Positions 11,669-25,121 are shown, counted from the stretch's first letter. The stretch is 64,000 nt of DNA from Selaginella moellendorffii (GCF_000143415.4 NW_003314276.1:1464696-1528695); one strand, 5' to 3'. Translations and numbers: made by a program. The notes: generated from the sequence alone by a model not told the origin.

Positions 11669-12778
11669 GTTTTTTCAACATTTAAACTCAGTAATGTACT
11701 TAAGAAATTGTAAATAAAATTTTATTCACACACTGTAAGTAAAGTTTCAATATTTGTTCAACAGAATATAATACGATATATATCTAAACTTGAGTCAATG
11801 TTGTGGTTATAATTACTATCTAAGTTGTTAAAACAGAAATCAATTCACATTTAGTATTTCTATGAGAAATCTGTGATTATGATCCTTCTCTGTCGCTCGA
11901 GACATTAAAGATTAAATAAAATGTTTTGGTTTAGTCATCAAAACAATTTACAAATCCTAAACCACTAGTATTTCTATTGTAATTCTTTTAGGGAAACCCT
12001 TTTCATGCCTATTATTGAAAATTTACTATTAATAATTTATTTTTGAGAAAGTGAGGAACTATACTGTGGTGTTCAACACAAATCCATTTAAAGTTTGTAA
12101 TAAGCAAAACTGTTAATTATGTTTAAGGATATTCTTGGTATATTATCATTATAGAGTGATGGGATCATGTTATAATCATATAAAGTTTTACATTTTAACA
12201 TTTATACCAATAACAAATTCTTAAAACTCTGTGAAGATTTATTTATGTGTGATTCAAATTGTGATTGATGATTGTGATTTTATGATTGATATTCCATTTA
12301 TGATTCATATATGTGATTCAAATTGAACCAATATTTTGGCCATCTTTTGCAAGGCAAGACCATGAGTGTTTGTCTTGTTTTCCAGCTTACCTTAATAAAT
12401 ATTCAAATTCTGAAAGAAAAATATATTAATATAATATTTTTATATATACAAATTCTGCAGAACAATATAGTTATCTCACCTTAAGTAATAGTTTCTTCAC
12501 CTTTTCAATCCAATGGTTTATGATTGTGATTTTCTGGTTCTTCTCTAATTCATTTGTAATTTTCTTTAAATATTATAAACTAATCTTAATATTATAAAAA
12601 CTAGACTAAGCTATCAAGTTTTTTTTATCCATCAACATAGCTTGTTGTTAATAACAAGATATACTAAAATTTATTGTATAGGGCATTAAATTATTTATTC
12701 TAACAAAAAGCTCTTGACAGTAATTTAAAAATATAGAGTAGATTACAATATAAATGCCAAAGTAGTATATATAAATTT

Positions 12779-13570
12779 TGTGAGTGCATGGAATATAAAA
12801 ATAAAATATAAAAATATACATATCAATTAACCCAAAAACCTATACAAGAGGTCTGAATTTCAAAATCCCATTATGCTCATATTAGTATTTGATATCATAA
12901 CTGTACACTTAAACCTTAAATCATTCCCTTCTCTCAGAATGATAGAAAATAATCAAAGTTCTCTAGTGAATGGGCTAAGATTTGGAGGAATATCAAGAGG
13001 AAGTATTAATTAGTATGTAAGTGGTGCTAATTGTTCTTGACAACCACTACATATATATAATTTTTAGAGGATTAACTTGTTAGATGTTATATTAAACTTT
13101 ATAAACTTGTGGTCCAATTTGCCATAACACTCAATATGATCCTTTCCACTAAACAAAAAACCCCTTAAACAAACCATATAGCATAAGATTGGAAGAATAG
13201 ACTAATACTAAATCATCTATTTTGTACTTCATAGATGGATGATGATGATAGTTATAATGCCATTGTCGTCCCATTTGTACACGACCTAAATTTTTTACAA
13301 ACTTTGCTTAGATTAATAAAAGAATGCTCATCAAATAATAATCTTAAGACCTAGCATTGGTAGTTTATAGCAATTGCAAAAGTAAATTCAACTTTGTTAG
13401 TAATATCAAATCATGATTGTATAATAGTTTATATGGTGAAGCATCAACAAAACTCTACACCCTTATGATATATATATATATATATTAAAGAAACAATAAA
13501 TAATTATCTCAATTCAAATGTTAAAAATTTATATACTTCATAATCAAGTCCAAATTAGCCATTCAACTAA
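12779..13570 (-). mobile_element. Gypsy family A: decayed 3' LTR (12779-12920), PPT and integrase C-terminus
   Basis: Reverse complement similarity to 3100-3953; tcattcccttctctc is the reversed PPT. Confidence 0.85.
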
Positions 13571-13667
13571 TTCTATTGAACTCACACTATAGTATCTATT
13601 GGACTCATTATCGGACTACCATTTCAAATGAAAAGATCTAGTATATTTCCTCTGTCCTTTTATTGCA

Positions 13668-13845
13668 TTGTCTCCAGAAACATAATACTTCACAGGTTCT
13701 TGGAGATAAGTCCTTCTCTTCAAATTCGGCAGTGTCTAGCTCGAGACAGTGCAACCCATGCTCTCATTCTAACCAAAGCAATGCAATTGAAGGGGATCAC
13801 CCAACTGTAGAGTTCTAGGTGATTTTGATCACTATTTGACCACTA
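13668..13845 (-). pseudogene. Degenerate copy of MATE exon 1 and upstream flank
   Basis: ttgtctccagaaacataatactt...ctcgagacag...aaccaaagcaatgcaattga aligns with 7470-7630; weaker match to 7785-7807. Confidence 0.8.
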
Positions 13846-13984
13846 AAAGATTTTAAACTTAACAGCGTGGAACTGAATCATATATTATGCCCAGTATAGT
13901 GATTGCTATCGCATTGGGCGGGACTGAATTCAGTCAAGGGATTGACTTAGTCAAAGTCAATACTGTTATTCTCTTTTTTCTCTC

Positions 13985-15685
13985 CTATACAAATCTCCTC
14001 CACAACCAGTGCCTCTTCCACAAGCCACTCATCTCTTCGATTGGAATCCCTTTAGTCTCGGGCAGTAGCAATGCGGCAAAGAGCGTCATGGCGACGAGGA
14101 ATGCCGCGAAAAGGATGAAAATTCCGTACTTGAGCACGCACAGCATGGAGAGGAAGGACTGCGCCATGGCGAAAGTGAACAAGAGATTGGTGGACACGGT
14201 GATGCTCTGGCCGGCGGAGCGAACCTCGAGTGGGAAGACCTCGCTGGCGACCAGCCACGCCAGAGGACCCCAAGACCATGCAAATCCAGAGATGAACAAG
14301 CACACCATGAGCACCACCGCCATGGCCTGCATTGGCGTGAGAAGATTCACCGAGTCTTTTAGTCCGAGGCCGAGAAGAATCGCAATCCCAACCTGCAAGA
14401 AGAATGGATCAATAAGAAAAACTGGAATTTGGAAGCGAAACATGCTTACTTGAGCGATGAAGAGCTGCACGCCAGCTTCGAGCAAGAGAATTTTGCGTCC
14501 GAATCTATCCACGACCACCATGGAGATGATAGTGCAAACTGCGTTGATCCCGCCGATGACCACCGTCGAAACCAGCGAGGCATTGCTGCCAAATCCCACA
14601 GTCTCGAACAGCACCGGCGAGTAGAACATGATAGCGTTGATTCCACCAGCTTGCTGGAAGAACTGGAGGCAGATCGCGCAGATGAGCGGCGGCAAGTTTT
14701 TCCTCCGGATGATATCTCGGAACGGGTTCTTGATCAAGCTGGAAGCCACGCCAACTTCGACGAGATCGTTAAACTCTTCCTCCACTTGGTCGGTTCCCCG
14801 GATCTTCTCAAGCACTTGCTTCCCTTGCGTCAAGTAGCCGCGCTCGATCAGACTGTTTGGCGTTTCCGAGAGCACGAAGCTCCCGAGAGTGAGAAGAAGT
14901 GATGGGATCCCTCCCAGAGCGAAGGACAGCCTCCATCCCCACGGATATGCTGCCGTGAAGTAGTTTACTAAGTTGGCGATGAGGATCCCGGTCGTGATGT
15001 TTAGCTGGAAGAGGATGTTAAGTCCTCCACGCAAGTGTGGTGGCGCAACCTCTGAAAGATAGAGTGGAGTAGCCTGCGAAGAGAAAACTCTCGATCGATC
15101 AGATCAGCCTTGGAGAGGAAATAAGATCGAAGAAAAACGCTCACCTGGTTTCCAAAACCAATTCCACAGCCAAGGAAGACGCGACCGATGATGAGCATGG
15201 GAAGGCTTTGAGCTCCAGCATTGAGGACAGTCCCCACGAGATAGAAAATCCCAGCGATGAGCATCGTCGGCTTTCTCCCCAGGTCCCTCGTCGTGTAGGA
15301 CGCCCCAAACGTGGAGATCAATCCCACAATATAGGTCGAGGACGTGAAAAGCTGAAGAAGCTGGTCATTGTACCGGCAGTAATTCCCAGATCCACTGCTG
15401 CCTTTCGATGGATCGCGGCTGATCGACGGGAAGAACTTCGCCAGGAAATCTTTCATTGCCGACACACCGCCTGGAAATCGAGATCGACCGATCAGCCAAA
15501 GGAGATTTTAAGGATCTTGCGATCGATCACTCACCAGAGATGCCGATCACATAGCCAAACATGAGGCCGCTGCTGGCAGCGATGACGCAGGCGATCAAGA
15601 CGCTGGATGTGAATTTCTTCTTCTCCCTCTTGATGAGCTGCTCCTCTTCGCATCCTTCCAGCGTTCTTCCCTGGTCGTCCGCCAT
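13985..15685 (-). CDS. Sugar transport protein (STP/MST hexose-H+ symporter); 4 exons
   Basis: GLMFGY.IGISG, NYCRYNDQLLQLFTSS, GFGNQA.PLYLSE, QFFQQ..GINAIMFY, AWSWGPL, PETKGIPIEEM. Confidence 0.96.
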
Positions 15686-15866
15686 AACCAAAACCTCGAT
15701 CAAACTAAACTTTTTTTCCAGCTTTATATTCCCGCTAAATGGATAACGCTTACTAAAAATATTCGGGCATATTTTCTGTGATCCGATTCTTGGAATATGC
15801 TGCCTTTTTCTTTTTTACTGGCAACGGCTTTCTAGGGTTTATGCTCGGGGTCGAGGATTTTGGAGC

Positions 15867-17032
15867 ATGGCGGACGGGCCCTCTCGATCCGTGGTGATAT
15901 TCGGCGATGGATTCCTGCCGCACGTCGCCGCGCAGCACTCGAATCTCCATTCTCTGGCATCCGATGGCTGCTGCGGGTTTCTGGCGCTTCGATCGCCGGG
16001 TAAGCGCTTGTGATTTTGCTTTCCCCTCCGTCTAGCATGTAGAAACAAGAAATTCTTGATTTCAGCAGCTGCTTCCGATGGAAATCGAAGCGCCGAGGCT
16101 TTGATCCAGCTGCTCGATCTCTACGATGCTGACAAGGTGGCATTTTCTTTATGGAGATTTTTTTTTGTGTTCTTATGCCTTCTGTTCTACTCTAATCAGG
16201 AGGGCAAGAGCTTCCAGACTGTGTCTGAAAGGTAATAATCTTCGCAAAGGTGTCTATACTTTTTTTGTTGCTATCTTCTTTCAGATTTATGGGAATGAAT
16301 GCAGCACTCGTGACGAATTCCGAGCAGGCCGTTGCTGTTGGCAGTAAAGCAGGATTCGTCGTTAGTCGTTTCCAAGACTTGCATGAAGGAATTGGTGCCG
16401 AAGATATGCCTTCTAAATTTCTAGGCATGGTTGGAGTTGGCGACTCCGCGGGAGGAAAGCCTTTCGACTTGCTTTTCCTACACTTGGTGGCTGACAACGA
16501 TCTGGAAAAGTCGCCAGCAATTTCTACGGAGTGGATGGATTCTCTGGTTGGGAAACTGAAGAACGCTCCTGCAAAGAATCTCCTCCTGGTGCTTATTCTT
16601 GGGTACGGGAACGCTCTTTCTGAAGTGGAAATCCCCGAGTTCATCGATCAGCAGCTACGTCAGCTTCGTCCACGGCAAAGCTACTCAATCAAAGGCGGAA
16701 AACCTGTAGAGGACATAAGGTAATGTTTTTGTTCGTTTTGCTTTTTCTTTCTTTCTTTTTTAATCTTTCTAACGACAAAAACATGTTTCTGGCAGCAAAG
16801 ATTGTTCTCTTCTAGCGGTTTTTCACCAAAAGGCAGTGACACGTAGAGACCACTGCACATGTCTTCAGCTCGAAGAGTTTCGCCAGGTACCGTGTGCCTG
16901 TTGGCGTTTTATTAAGTGTTCTAACGGCGTGTTGTTTTATGTCAGAAATGCGGGAATCTTACAATTCTGGCAGACAGGTTCCTCCATGAGGTTGCTTTTA
17001 AGCTTTGGAAAGCACCAAAGTATGGTGCATAA
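15867..17032 (+). CDS. Conserved uncharacterised protein, Arabidopsis At5g11810-like
   Basis: MADGPSRSVVIFGDG...LASDGCCGFLAL, RFMGMNAALVT, PRQSYSIKGG, C-terminal ADRFLHEVAFKLWKAPKYGA*. Confidence 0.85.
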
Positions 17033-18284
17033 GAATGGTAACGGTGAGGTAATGTCTGCGTTACCGTTTGCTGAATATAATGGAGCCGATTGCTTGTCAA
17101 CGAACAATCACAGCTCCAGTTCTTAATTCTAATGACATGTACTCAGATCTTGTGGCAATGATTGTAAAGGTGAGGCTTGTTTCAAGACCCTTTTGACGAC
17201 CTCTAGGAAGATTGGGCGTTTATCTACAGAAGGGCCGACCCTGCAGAGCTCAGAGATTGCTTGCTGGACTTGTGCAGGAATTTTAGAAGGCTTGTTTGAA
17301 AAACAGAACTCAACGAGCACGTTTGATTCAGGTACCAGTTGTTTTAAAAGAAATCCTCAGTCTGTTGTTTGTGCTGCGAAGGCCTTGCAGAGTGGAGGAA
17401 AGCATGCGGCCACACACGTCTTGCAGCTTTCGGATATGATCGACGACAAGCCTGGTGAAGCTATTTTCTTTTCCGCTCTGCAACTTTGAATATGGGTGTA
17501 GTTATCATACTTTGGCTATGAATTTGAACAGGAAGCGCTTACTCCACACAGCCTTGAGATGAGACAAGCTGTCGACAGCTCTTGAGCACGCATGCACGGA
17601 AACGAAGCGATCGGGCATCAAGAATATCATTGTTGCAGGGCAGTAAACAAGTACAGCGGCCTGTCTGCGGTGCCTTTCTATCTCTCAAGCTTAACCAAGA
17701 TGTTTCACTGGGGAGCCGATCGCGTTCCTTCGCTTTTTTATTCAGTTGGGAAGCCAGGTGAGGAAATTCCTTGCAATCCGTTTTCTTTCAGTTTTTCCCT
17801 GGAACATGGGGGTTTTAACATTTTTTTGCAATTTTCATTTTCTATCGCAGGCATGCTGCAAATTGGAGTGAAAGAGAAATTTAGAGGAAGAAGCTGCCGC
17901 TGGAAGAAGTTCAGTGACATATTATCTGATGAAGAATATTGCTGACCAAAAGAGGGGAAAAGACACATCCGTATCTGATCCCGATCATCGGGTATCCAAG
18001 GTGACGTTGGATTGGACACACTAGGACGACAGTAACAACAACGCTAGACAGCCAAGAGCTCTCGATCGATTTGCCGGAAACGTCAGCACTGGAAGGGGTT
18101 ATTTGAGAAAGCTTCCAAGCTGCTGGCTGGAACGCTAAAAGGAAAATGATGGCACAGGAGGGTAAGAAGAATGAAAATCATGACGGGGTGGGGAGCAGTG
18201 ATCAAAGTCTTCAGCTGGAGCAACCGATGAAACTGGGCGACCCGAGCAAGAGGAAGTTAAAACGAGGAAAGAAGAAGATATCTG

Positions 18285-19163
18285 TCAGAACGGCGGTCGG
18301 TTCCCGGCAGCGGCCCACGCGAGAACATCGGGAGGAAGCTGGCAATTGGCTAGAGGATTCTGAGCGAGGTTGAACAAGGCCATGCTGCATGGATCCGAGG
18401 TGACTCCGGAAGCCGCCGACACATTATTACTCGCAACCTGGTTGGGGTCCTCGTCCTCGAGCGGAAGTCGATCATAAGTCGCACCAACGAAAGAAGCGGC
18501 GATGACGAGCACTGGACTTGCAGCCATTAGAACTCCCACGACGCTGCCTCCCAGGACTTGACCGGGCTGCGATCCAGCCAAGGCCACAGTGAGTCCCGCC
18601 ACGGCTACAGGCGCGGGAGGAGGCAGGAAGGCTCCGGACAGGGACAGTATCTCGAAGCGGCCATGGAAGGTGACGGTGGAACCGGGTGCTGCGAGCTGCC
18701 GCAGCGTGACATTGGCGACAGTACCGCTACCGCCCAGCACGCAGAGCCCGCGCTGCCTTCGTCTAGCAAATGCGGCTAGAGTCTCTCCAACGTCGCATCC
18801 GCCGGCAATCTCCAGGACGTGCGGACGCATGGCATTGCCGCTGTCGCGAGTGATGATGATCGGTGGCTTGGGCTTGTTCTTGGAGCCGGGTGGCCGGCCA
18901 CGGGGCTTGCGGACAATCTCCCCGGCTCCCATCCCGCCGCTGCTGCTGGTGGTGGCCGCCGTCTTCAAGTTCTTGTTGTTACCGCGGGACTTGTCGATGG
19001 TGGTGGTGGTGGTGGTGATTCCTCCCGGACCTCCTCTTCCAGGGCCGCTGCTGTTACTGTTCTCTTCCTCGGAGGTGCCGGCCTGTGCCAATGGTAGCGG
19101 GCTTACAAACTGGTGGTGGTGGTGGTGATGCTGGTGGTGGTGACCGTGAAGGCCAGGATCCAT
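18285..19163 (-). CDS. AT-hook motif nuclear-localised protein, clade A (AHL15-29 type), intronless
   Basis: [26 protein letters not shown]-hook plus PPC domain with [12 protein letters not shown]; poly-His N-terminus. Confidence 0.96.
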   Translation of the reverse strand: MDPGLHGHHHQHHHHHHQFVSPLPLAQAGTSEEENSNSSGPGRGGPGGITTTTTTIDKSRGNNKNLKTAATTSSSGGMGAGEIVRKPRGRPPGSKNKPKPPIIITRDSGNAMRPHVLEIAGGCDVGETLAAFARRRQRGLCVLGGSGTVANVTLRQLAAPGSTVTFHGRFEILSLSGAFLPPPAPVAVAGLTVALAGSQPGQVLGGSVVGVLMAASPVLVIAASFVGATYDRLPLEDEDPNQVASNNVSAASGVTSDPCSMALFNLAQNPLANCQLPPDVLAWAAAGNRPPF

Positions 19164-19629
19164 GCTCTTACATGCCAGCAACCGGGTGCCGAGATGGAAA
19201 TCTTGACTGGCTCCCTGTCGAGAGGGAATTACTGCTCATCTACTCGACCGACACTAGTGACTTAGGCGCTGTCAACAGGGCCAGATCTGATCTGATCTCG
19301 GCCAATTCTTGCCTCCTGCTCAAGCGAAACTGCAGTACAGCGATCGAAGGTGAGAGAACTCTCGCAGAAATCTCTCATTTTCTTTTCTTATTCTTTCTAA
19401 AATGCTTGCTCACCCTCTTTCAGTTTCCCTGTTGGAAGATATCAATTTGGACGACGCGAGTCCGCTTGACGCACAGTGGTATTGGCCCGGCAGCGCTATT
19501 TTCTAAGCCCAGTGGAGCAACATGAGATGGGGAAAAATAAGCAACAAAGGCAGCCAGCAATCTCCCCGGCAAAGACACAGATGACGTCGATCGAGCAGGC
19601 TTAGTGACGGAGAGACATAGATAAAAGAG

Positions 19630-19745
19630 TAAGCAGCAGGAGCAGGAGCAGCAGCGGCAACAACAGCACCAACAGCAGCATCAAGGGAATAACCAGCAGC
19701 AGCACCAGCAGCGGCAGCACACAACAAGAAGCAGGAGAAGAAGTA
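19630..19745. repeat. (CAG/GCA)-rich low-complexity tract upstream of AHL
   Basis: agcagcaggagcaggagcagcagcggcaacaacagcacc... Confidence 0.7.
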
Positions 19746-22700
19746 GAAAAGAAAGGGAGCAAGGCAGACCCACCAAGGGCGAGGCAATCTGGAGCCAAAA
19801 AAATTGCGGACACAAGATTTGCGAGGCACCTCCCAGGGGATATTAAATTGGCAGAATAGAGCCGAGCTCGGGGCCGGGGCAAAAGAGCGATGCCACACAC
19901 ACTTATCTTAGCAGCGCTGGTGGTGCGAGACGACGAGCAGTGGTGATTGAGAAAACAAAGACGAAACAAAGGGAATGGGGGGTCGACGGAAATACTAAAC
20001 AACTGAGCTTATGGACTGGGAGGAGAGAGAGAGAGAGAGAGAAGAGGTGGCTTTAGACGACGATGACGATGATCTCTGCTGTGCTGCGGCTGCGCTGCTC
20101 ACTCTTGGCCTTGGTGGTGGGGTTCTTAGTATGGGATAGGTGAAGTGGTGGGTGGACCAGGGACGGCGCATGGGGTCCCTCCAGTGATCCATTTACTACG
20201 CTCCCCCTCTCCGGCATCACACTGCGGGTACGTTCAATTTACAAAGAGCAGGAGTTCTTCGCGTTCTCACTTTATTTTTTCAGCTGGTCGTCCTGGAATC
20301 TCAACTTCGCGGGATCCAAAGTAGCTACAGTAGTGGCGAGCAAGCGGCCAAAACCACCAAAAGGTACGTGTAGACCTCTCTTGGCTATAGTAGTCTCTAG
20401 CGAACAACAGCGCTTCTCTCCTTGATCGAGCTCTTTGTTCTAAGAGTTTTTATCGTTTGTTTTGGCTGTGGCAGGAGGAGGTAAACAAGAGCTGGGAAAT
20501 GTGGACTGGATCTAACCAGTCGCGCAAAGCCCGGCTTTTACCGTCGTGCGCCACCAGTGTAATTACAGCCCGCTCGTGAATGGCCATCCCGAGGCCGCGG
20601 CAGGGTGAGGTAAGCCTTTGTTTACGTTTGGAAATGTTTGTTTTTGCGTGGTCTGCGTGGTTGTCTGTCTGTCTGCAAGTGCGTGAGGGTCCGTGCGAAT
20701 GCCGATCGATGACGATGATCGCCACCGCCCTGTGACTTGTAGACGAGGGAGGCAAAGAGGTTTTTGTTTGCTTTCGCGTTTGTTTTGGTTCGCTCTAATC
20801 CAATCCGATCCACTGCAGGGCAGCCGCATTTTCTGCAGTTAGAAACATTGGTGCGTGCGTGGTCTTTGATATACTTCCATCAATTGACACAACTTGTGTG
20901 TTTTGTGATCTTTGCAGATCCTATGTTGTCACGCAAAAGAACTTACGCTCATCTCGCGTCGTCATCGTCGGCATTATTGAAGATTGACCAGTATATGATC
21001 CATTCGATTTGATCGCAACCGTGGCCGTTGGATCGCCCCCACCCAACGGCTGCCCGTGCCACGCGGGCTTCCCTCGCGAAATTCCAATCGTCTAGTTGTC
21101 GGCCGCCAGGCCGACATATACGGCAATCCCGAGGCTTGCGGTATTTACTGCCCAGGTAAATACATTGGCATCGTATGGGACCAATCATCATACGCATGGT
21201 ATGGTATGGTGGTGGTATCTAGATTCAGAGAAAGAAATGATCATTCTGGTTTTGTTTTCAGGTTGTTTGGAGTAACAAACTTGTTTCCCAAAAGAATGAA
21301 GAACCTACTTGCTCACTACTATCAAGTTTTAAATTCAATGATCAAAAGAGTGTGGCTTAACAAACAACTTCTTTTAAACGTCTCTAGCTGTGGACTTGGA
21401 AGCTCTTGCTGGTATACTAAATGTACATTATGCACAAGAAAACTAGAGTTCTTCCAAATCCAGACAAATGATAGAGCACATGGAAAAATCAAATTAGGAG
21501 TAAGACTATGGTTTGGATTAACACTATCATAGGCAGGTGTGAAATTAATCCATGGTTTGCATTACATGCATGCACGTGCATCCATGTGCAGCCACGTTAC
21601 ATTCCTGGAGCGAAAAGATTATATAAATACGTACTTCTCTCCTCATGCGCTCTGTGTGGCTGTAGCGCTACGTATTTATATACCGTTTGAGCATCGCTCT
21701 CGATCCTTCCGAGATGCCCAATGAAATCTGGACGAGTTCTGGGCGATGGGACGGGCATCTTGACTCTCGGCTCTCCATTACCAATGGCGAAAACCGGGCC
21801 TCCTTTGCGGTTTTTTCACAAGGTTTAAGAAAAGGCGAGCGATCTTGCAACGAAAATCAAAGTGGTCACGACCTTTTGATCCACTTCTAGCCCGCACTTT
21901 AGACCACTCATGCGTAAACTTCCCGAGATCATCGCTTGCGGGATGAATTCATGTGTGACACGCCAAATGCAAATGCAGTGCGGGGAAAAGAATCCCACCG
22001 CCACTGTATGTGTGAGAGAGACATGATACCAAGTTGCGATCTCTTTTTTTCTCGTTTTTGGGACTCCTCCTTGTCCATGGATGGTTGTAGACCATGGTGT
22101 AATATTTTAATTAAGTGGATGGACGATGTGATACTTTGCTTGGTTGGATCGTGAATGAGAGAGAGAGATCTGCTCTCTGGCCGTCCAAAATCCCTAGCAT
22201 ATAGTGTTGTGTGCAAGCCTGGCCCCTAAACTCCCATGGAATCTCAGCCATTCACATCTTTGCAGCAAACCATGTGAAAGTGTCGGCCACCAACAATGCA
22301 TCATCTTCTTTTCATCTTGGGGCCTTTGAACCAGGCAGGGGCTCTACAGTAAAACACGCTTGTCATTGAAATAGTCTTTTAAGGAATACTAATGCTAACC
22401 AGGAACCAAAGCCAGTGGTTTTGGTAGAAGTAGAAAAAAGTTTCATCCAAAACTTGACAATGCTAACTACCAGATTTTTCTAAGAGATCGATCATATCAT
22501 AAGTTTATACTTCCCCCCATAACTTGGGACACAGAAAAGAGCTGTGCTGCTGCTTGCTACCAGAAAAGTACACACATCTCAATTCCTGACAAAGCCAAAA
22601 CCATTTTATAAAAGAAAAAATAGGTGCCCATTCCATTCTCTATTACATTTCTTACTAGTATAATGATCTTTCTCTCTGTACTTGCAACCTTATAATATTA

Positions 22701-23435
22701 CAACCTCGGAGAGTTTTCTCGTTTCCCGTTCAAAAGGGAAAAATAGAAAAACCTTTCAAAAGCTTTCATTCATTCATTCATTCATCCATCCAACCACAAA
22801 ATAAAAAAGCCAAAAAAGTAAACACAGGCTTGTCGTTCATGATTTCCTCGTTCTCGTCTCATCTAGTCTCATCTTTCTTTTCTCCTTCTTCTTCTTCTTC
22901 TTCTTCTCCTCCTCTGAAAGGTTCCTGCTCGCTGCAAAAGCCATGACTTACAGCAGCAGTGATTTCCAAATGGAAAAGAGAAAAAGAAAGTTTGCGAAGA
23001 CTCACTTGGACGAGCGCGGACCACCGCAATTTCTCTCTCTCGTGTGCGTGCACAACATCACTCGCTGTCGTCTCATTCCCCTGTTGTCTTCCTCCCCAAA
23101 GAACGAAGGCCTCGCCCACCTATTAAATCAATTCTCCCTTTTTTCGGTATTTGTCACTGAGCTGTCTGTAAGTCGCCCAGTCCTGTAGTCCAGTCCCGGC
23201 CTTCTCTTTTTTCCACTGTCGTTTTTTTCACTTTCAGTAGTACCCAGCGCCAGCCATTTCGTAGACCAGGAACTTGTTTGAAAAAAGAAATCATCCCCGC
23301 CCCCGTGAGGTGGTTTTCTTTCTTTTTCTTTTTTCTCGAAACGTACGTAGCCAGCCCCGCACGATGCTGTGATCTTCAGTAAGTAAAAGAGTGTCGCGTA
23401 CCTCGTCGAGTTACGAGAAAGGATGCCGCTTTCTC

Positions 23436-24940
23436 TCAGAGCCTGGAAGGAATAAGTGGTGTGCTCTCTTGCAAGTATGCCTGCGCCGCAGAAACGCCGC
23501 TTCCCAGTTTTACCGGGAAGCCAACGTCCTTGAGTGCCATTTCTACTCCAGCCAGGGCAGAGATGAGTTGAAGCTGCGAGAGTGCATGATCCCCTTGAGG
23601 TCAGGAGGAAAGTGAGAGATGAGAAGACTTACTTCGTTTAAGAATCCCAAATGTCCGATGCGGAACACCTTTCCTGCCACCTTGTTCAGGCCGATTCCAA
23701 TGCTCAAGTTGTATTTTCTCCAGGCTACGCGAACCACGTCTGTGCTGTTCAAGTAGGATGGAACCACGACGGCAGTCACCGTATCGCTGTACAGCTCTGG
23801 ATCTTTGATGCAAAGCTCGAGGCCCCAAGCTTTCACAGCCAACCTGGTGGAAGCCAAAGAAACGCTCAGTATAATGCTAGACAGAGAGAAAAACAAAATC
23901 TCTTAGAACTATACCTGGTGGCATGAGCTAGCCTGTGGTGTCTCTTGATGACATTTTCCAGGCCTTCTTCAAATAGAAGATCGAGAGCTGCTCGGAGGCC
24001 GTAGAGCAACTGTATGGAAGGCGTGTATGGCCAGTAAGAGCCGAGCTCGTACGACTTGAGATAAGCTGACCAGTCGAAGAATCCCCGCGGAGAACGAGCA
24101 GACTTGGAGGCCTCGAGAGCTTTGGGACTGGCACAGAGGATACCGAGACCGGTTGGAAGACCGAGCGATTTTTGCGAGCCAGTCAGAGCAACATCGACTT
24201 TCCACTCGTCCATGCGAAACGCGAGTGCTCCAATCGACGAAACTCCGTCAACCAAAAGCAGAGCTGGATGCTGGTTTGAATCTGCTCCAAGACAAGAAGC
24301 AAGTAGAACAATTATCTTAGCCGTCTAAGAAAATCCCAGGAAAGCTTTGATCTTACCAAGTATGGCTCTCACAACTCCCAAGTTGATGTTGATACCGGTC
24401 GAAGTTTCGTTATGAACGACACACACCGCCTTGATCCGGTGCTCCTCGTCGGCTCTGAGCTTCGAATCGAGAACTCCCAAGTCGACTCCGCCTCCCCATT
24501 GGCACTGGACAGCGTCCACGTCGAAGTGGAGTTTCTGGAGCTGCTGGCTCCAGAGATGGCTAAACTGTCCAAACACGAATGTGAGAACGCGATCTCCAGT
24601 AGAGAGAGTGTTCACAGCAGCGCATTCCCAGCCTCCAGTTCCTGCCAGGAAGAAGAAGAAGAAGAAGAAAAGCCCAGAGTTAAAAAAACCTCTTAAGAAA
24701 CTCCCAGAGAACACTATTCTCTAGATTAAACATACCGGTTGTGGGGATAATGAAGGGAGTCCCAGATTGCGTGGAAAAGATGCGCGTGACGTCCGCAAGG
24801 AGCTGCCGCGAGAAGACCGGGAATGCTGGCGATCGATGATCCTCATTGCCGCGATTCAGTGCTTGCATCACCTTTTGCGGGATATTGGATGGCCCCGGCA
24901 CGAAGAGATGATTCCGCCCTGGCGCCATGAAGTAGTCCAT
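23436..24940 (-). CDS. AGT1: Serine:glyoxylate aminotransferase, peroxisomal; 5 exons
   Basis: MDYFMAPGRNHLFVPGP, GTGGWE, VVHNETSTG, DVALTGSQK (PLP lysine), YWPYTPSIQLLYGL, FRIGHLG, C-terminal PTS1 SRL*. Confidence 0.97.
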
Positions 24941-25118
24941 GGAGCAAATCCGCCGCCAAGGAAGAAAGCCCGGCGCTTTCGATCGATCGGCCGAATGAGG
25001 CGCTAGAACCCTAACTTGGCTACTTCGCGAAAACACCGAATATGCTCGCGTGCGCGAACGATGGACTAGCAATCGAATTAAACTAATTAAACCAGATCAC
25101 ATCTAATACGCCATTTTG

Positions 25119-25121
<3 letters not shown>

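Noticed and set aside
19503-20002. Hydrophobic ORFs upstream of AHL as membrane proteins
   Set aside because: Produced by translating the CTG-rich low-complexity tract; non-ATG starts
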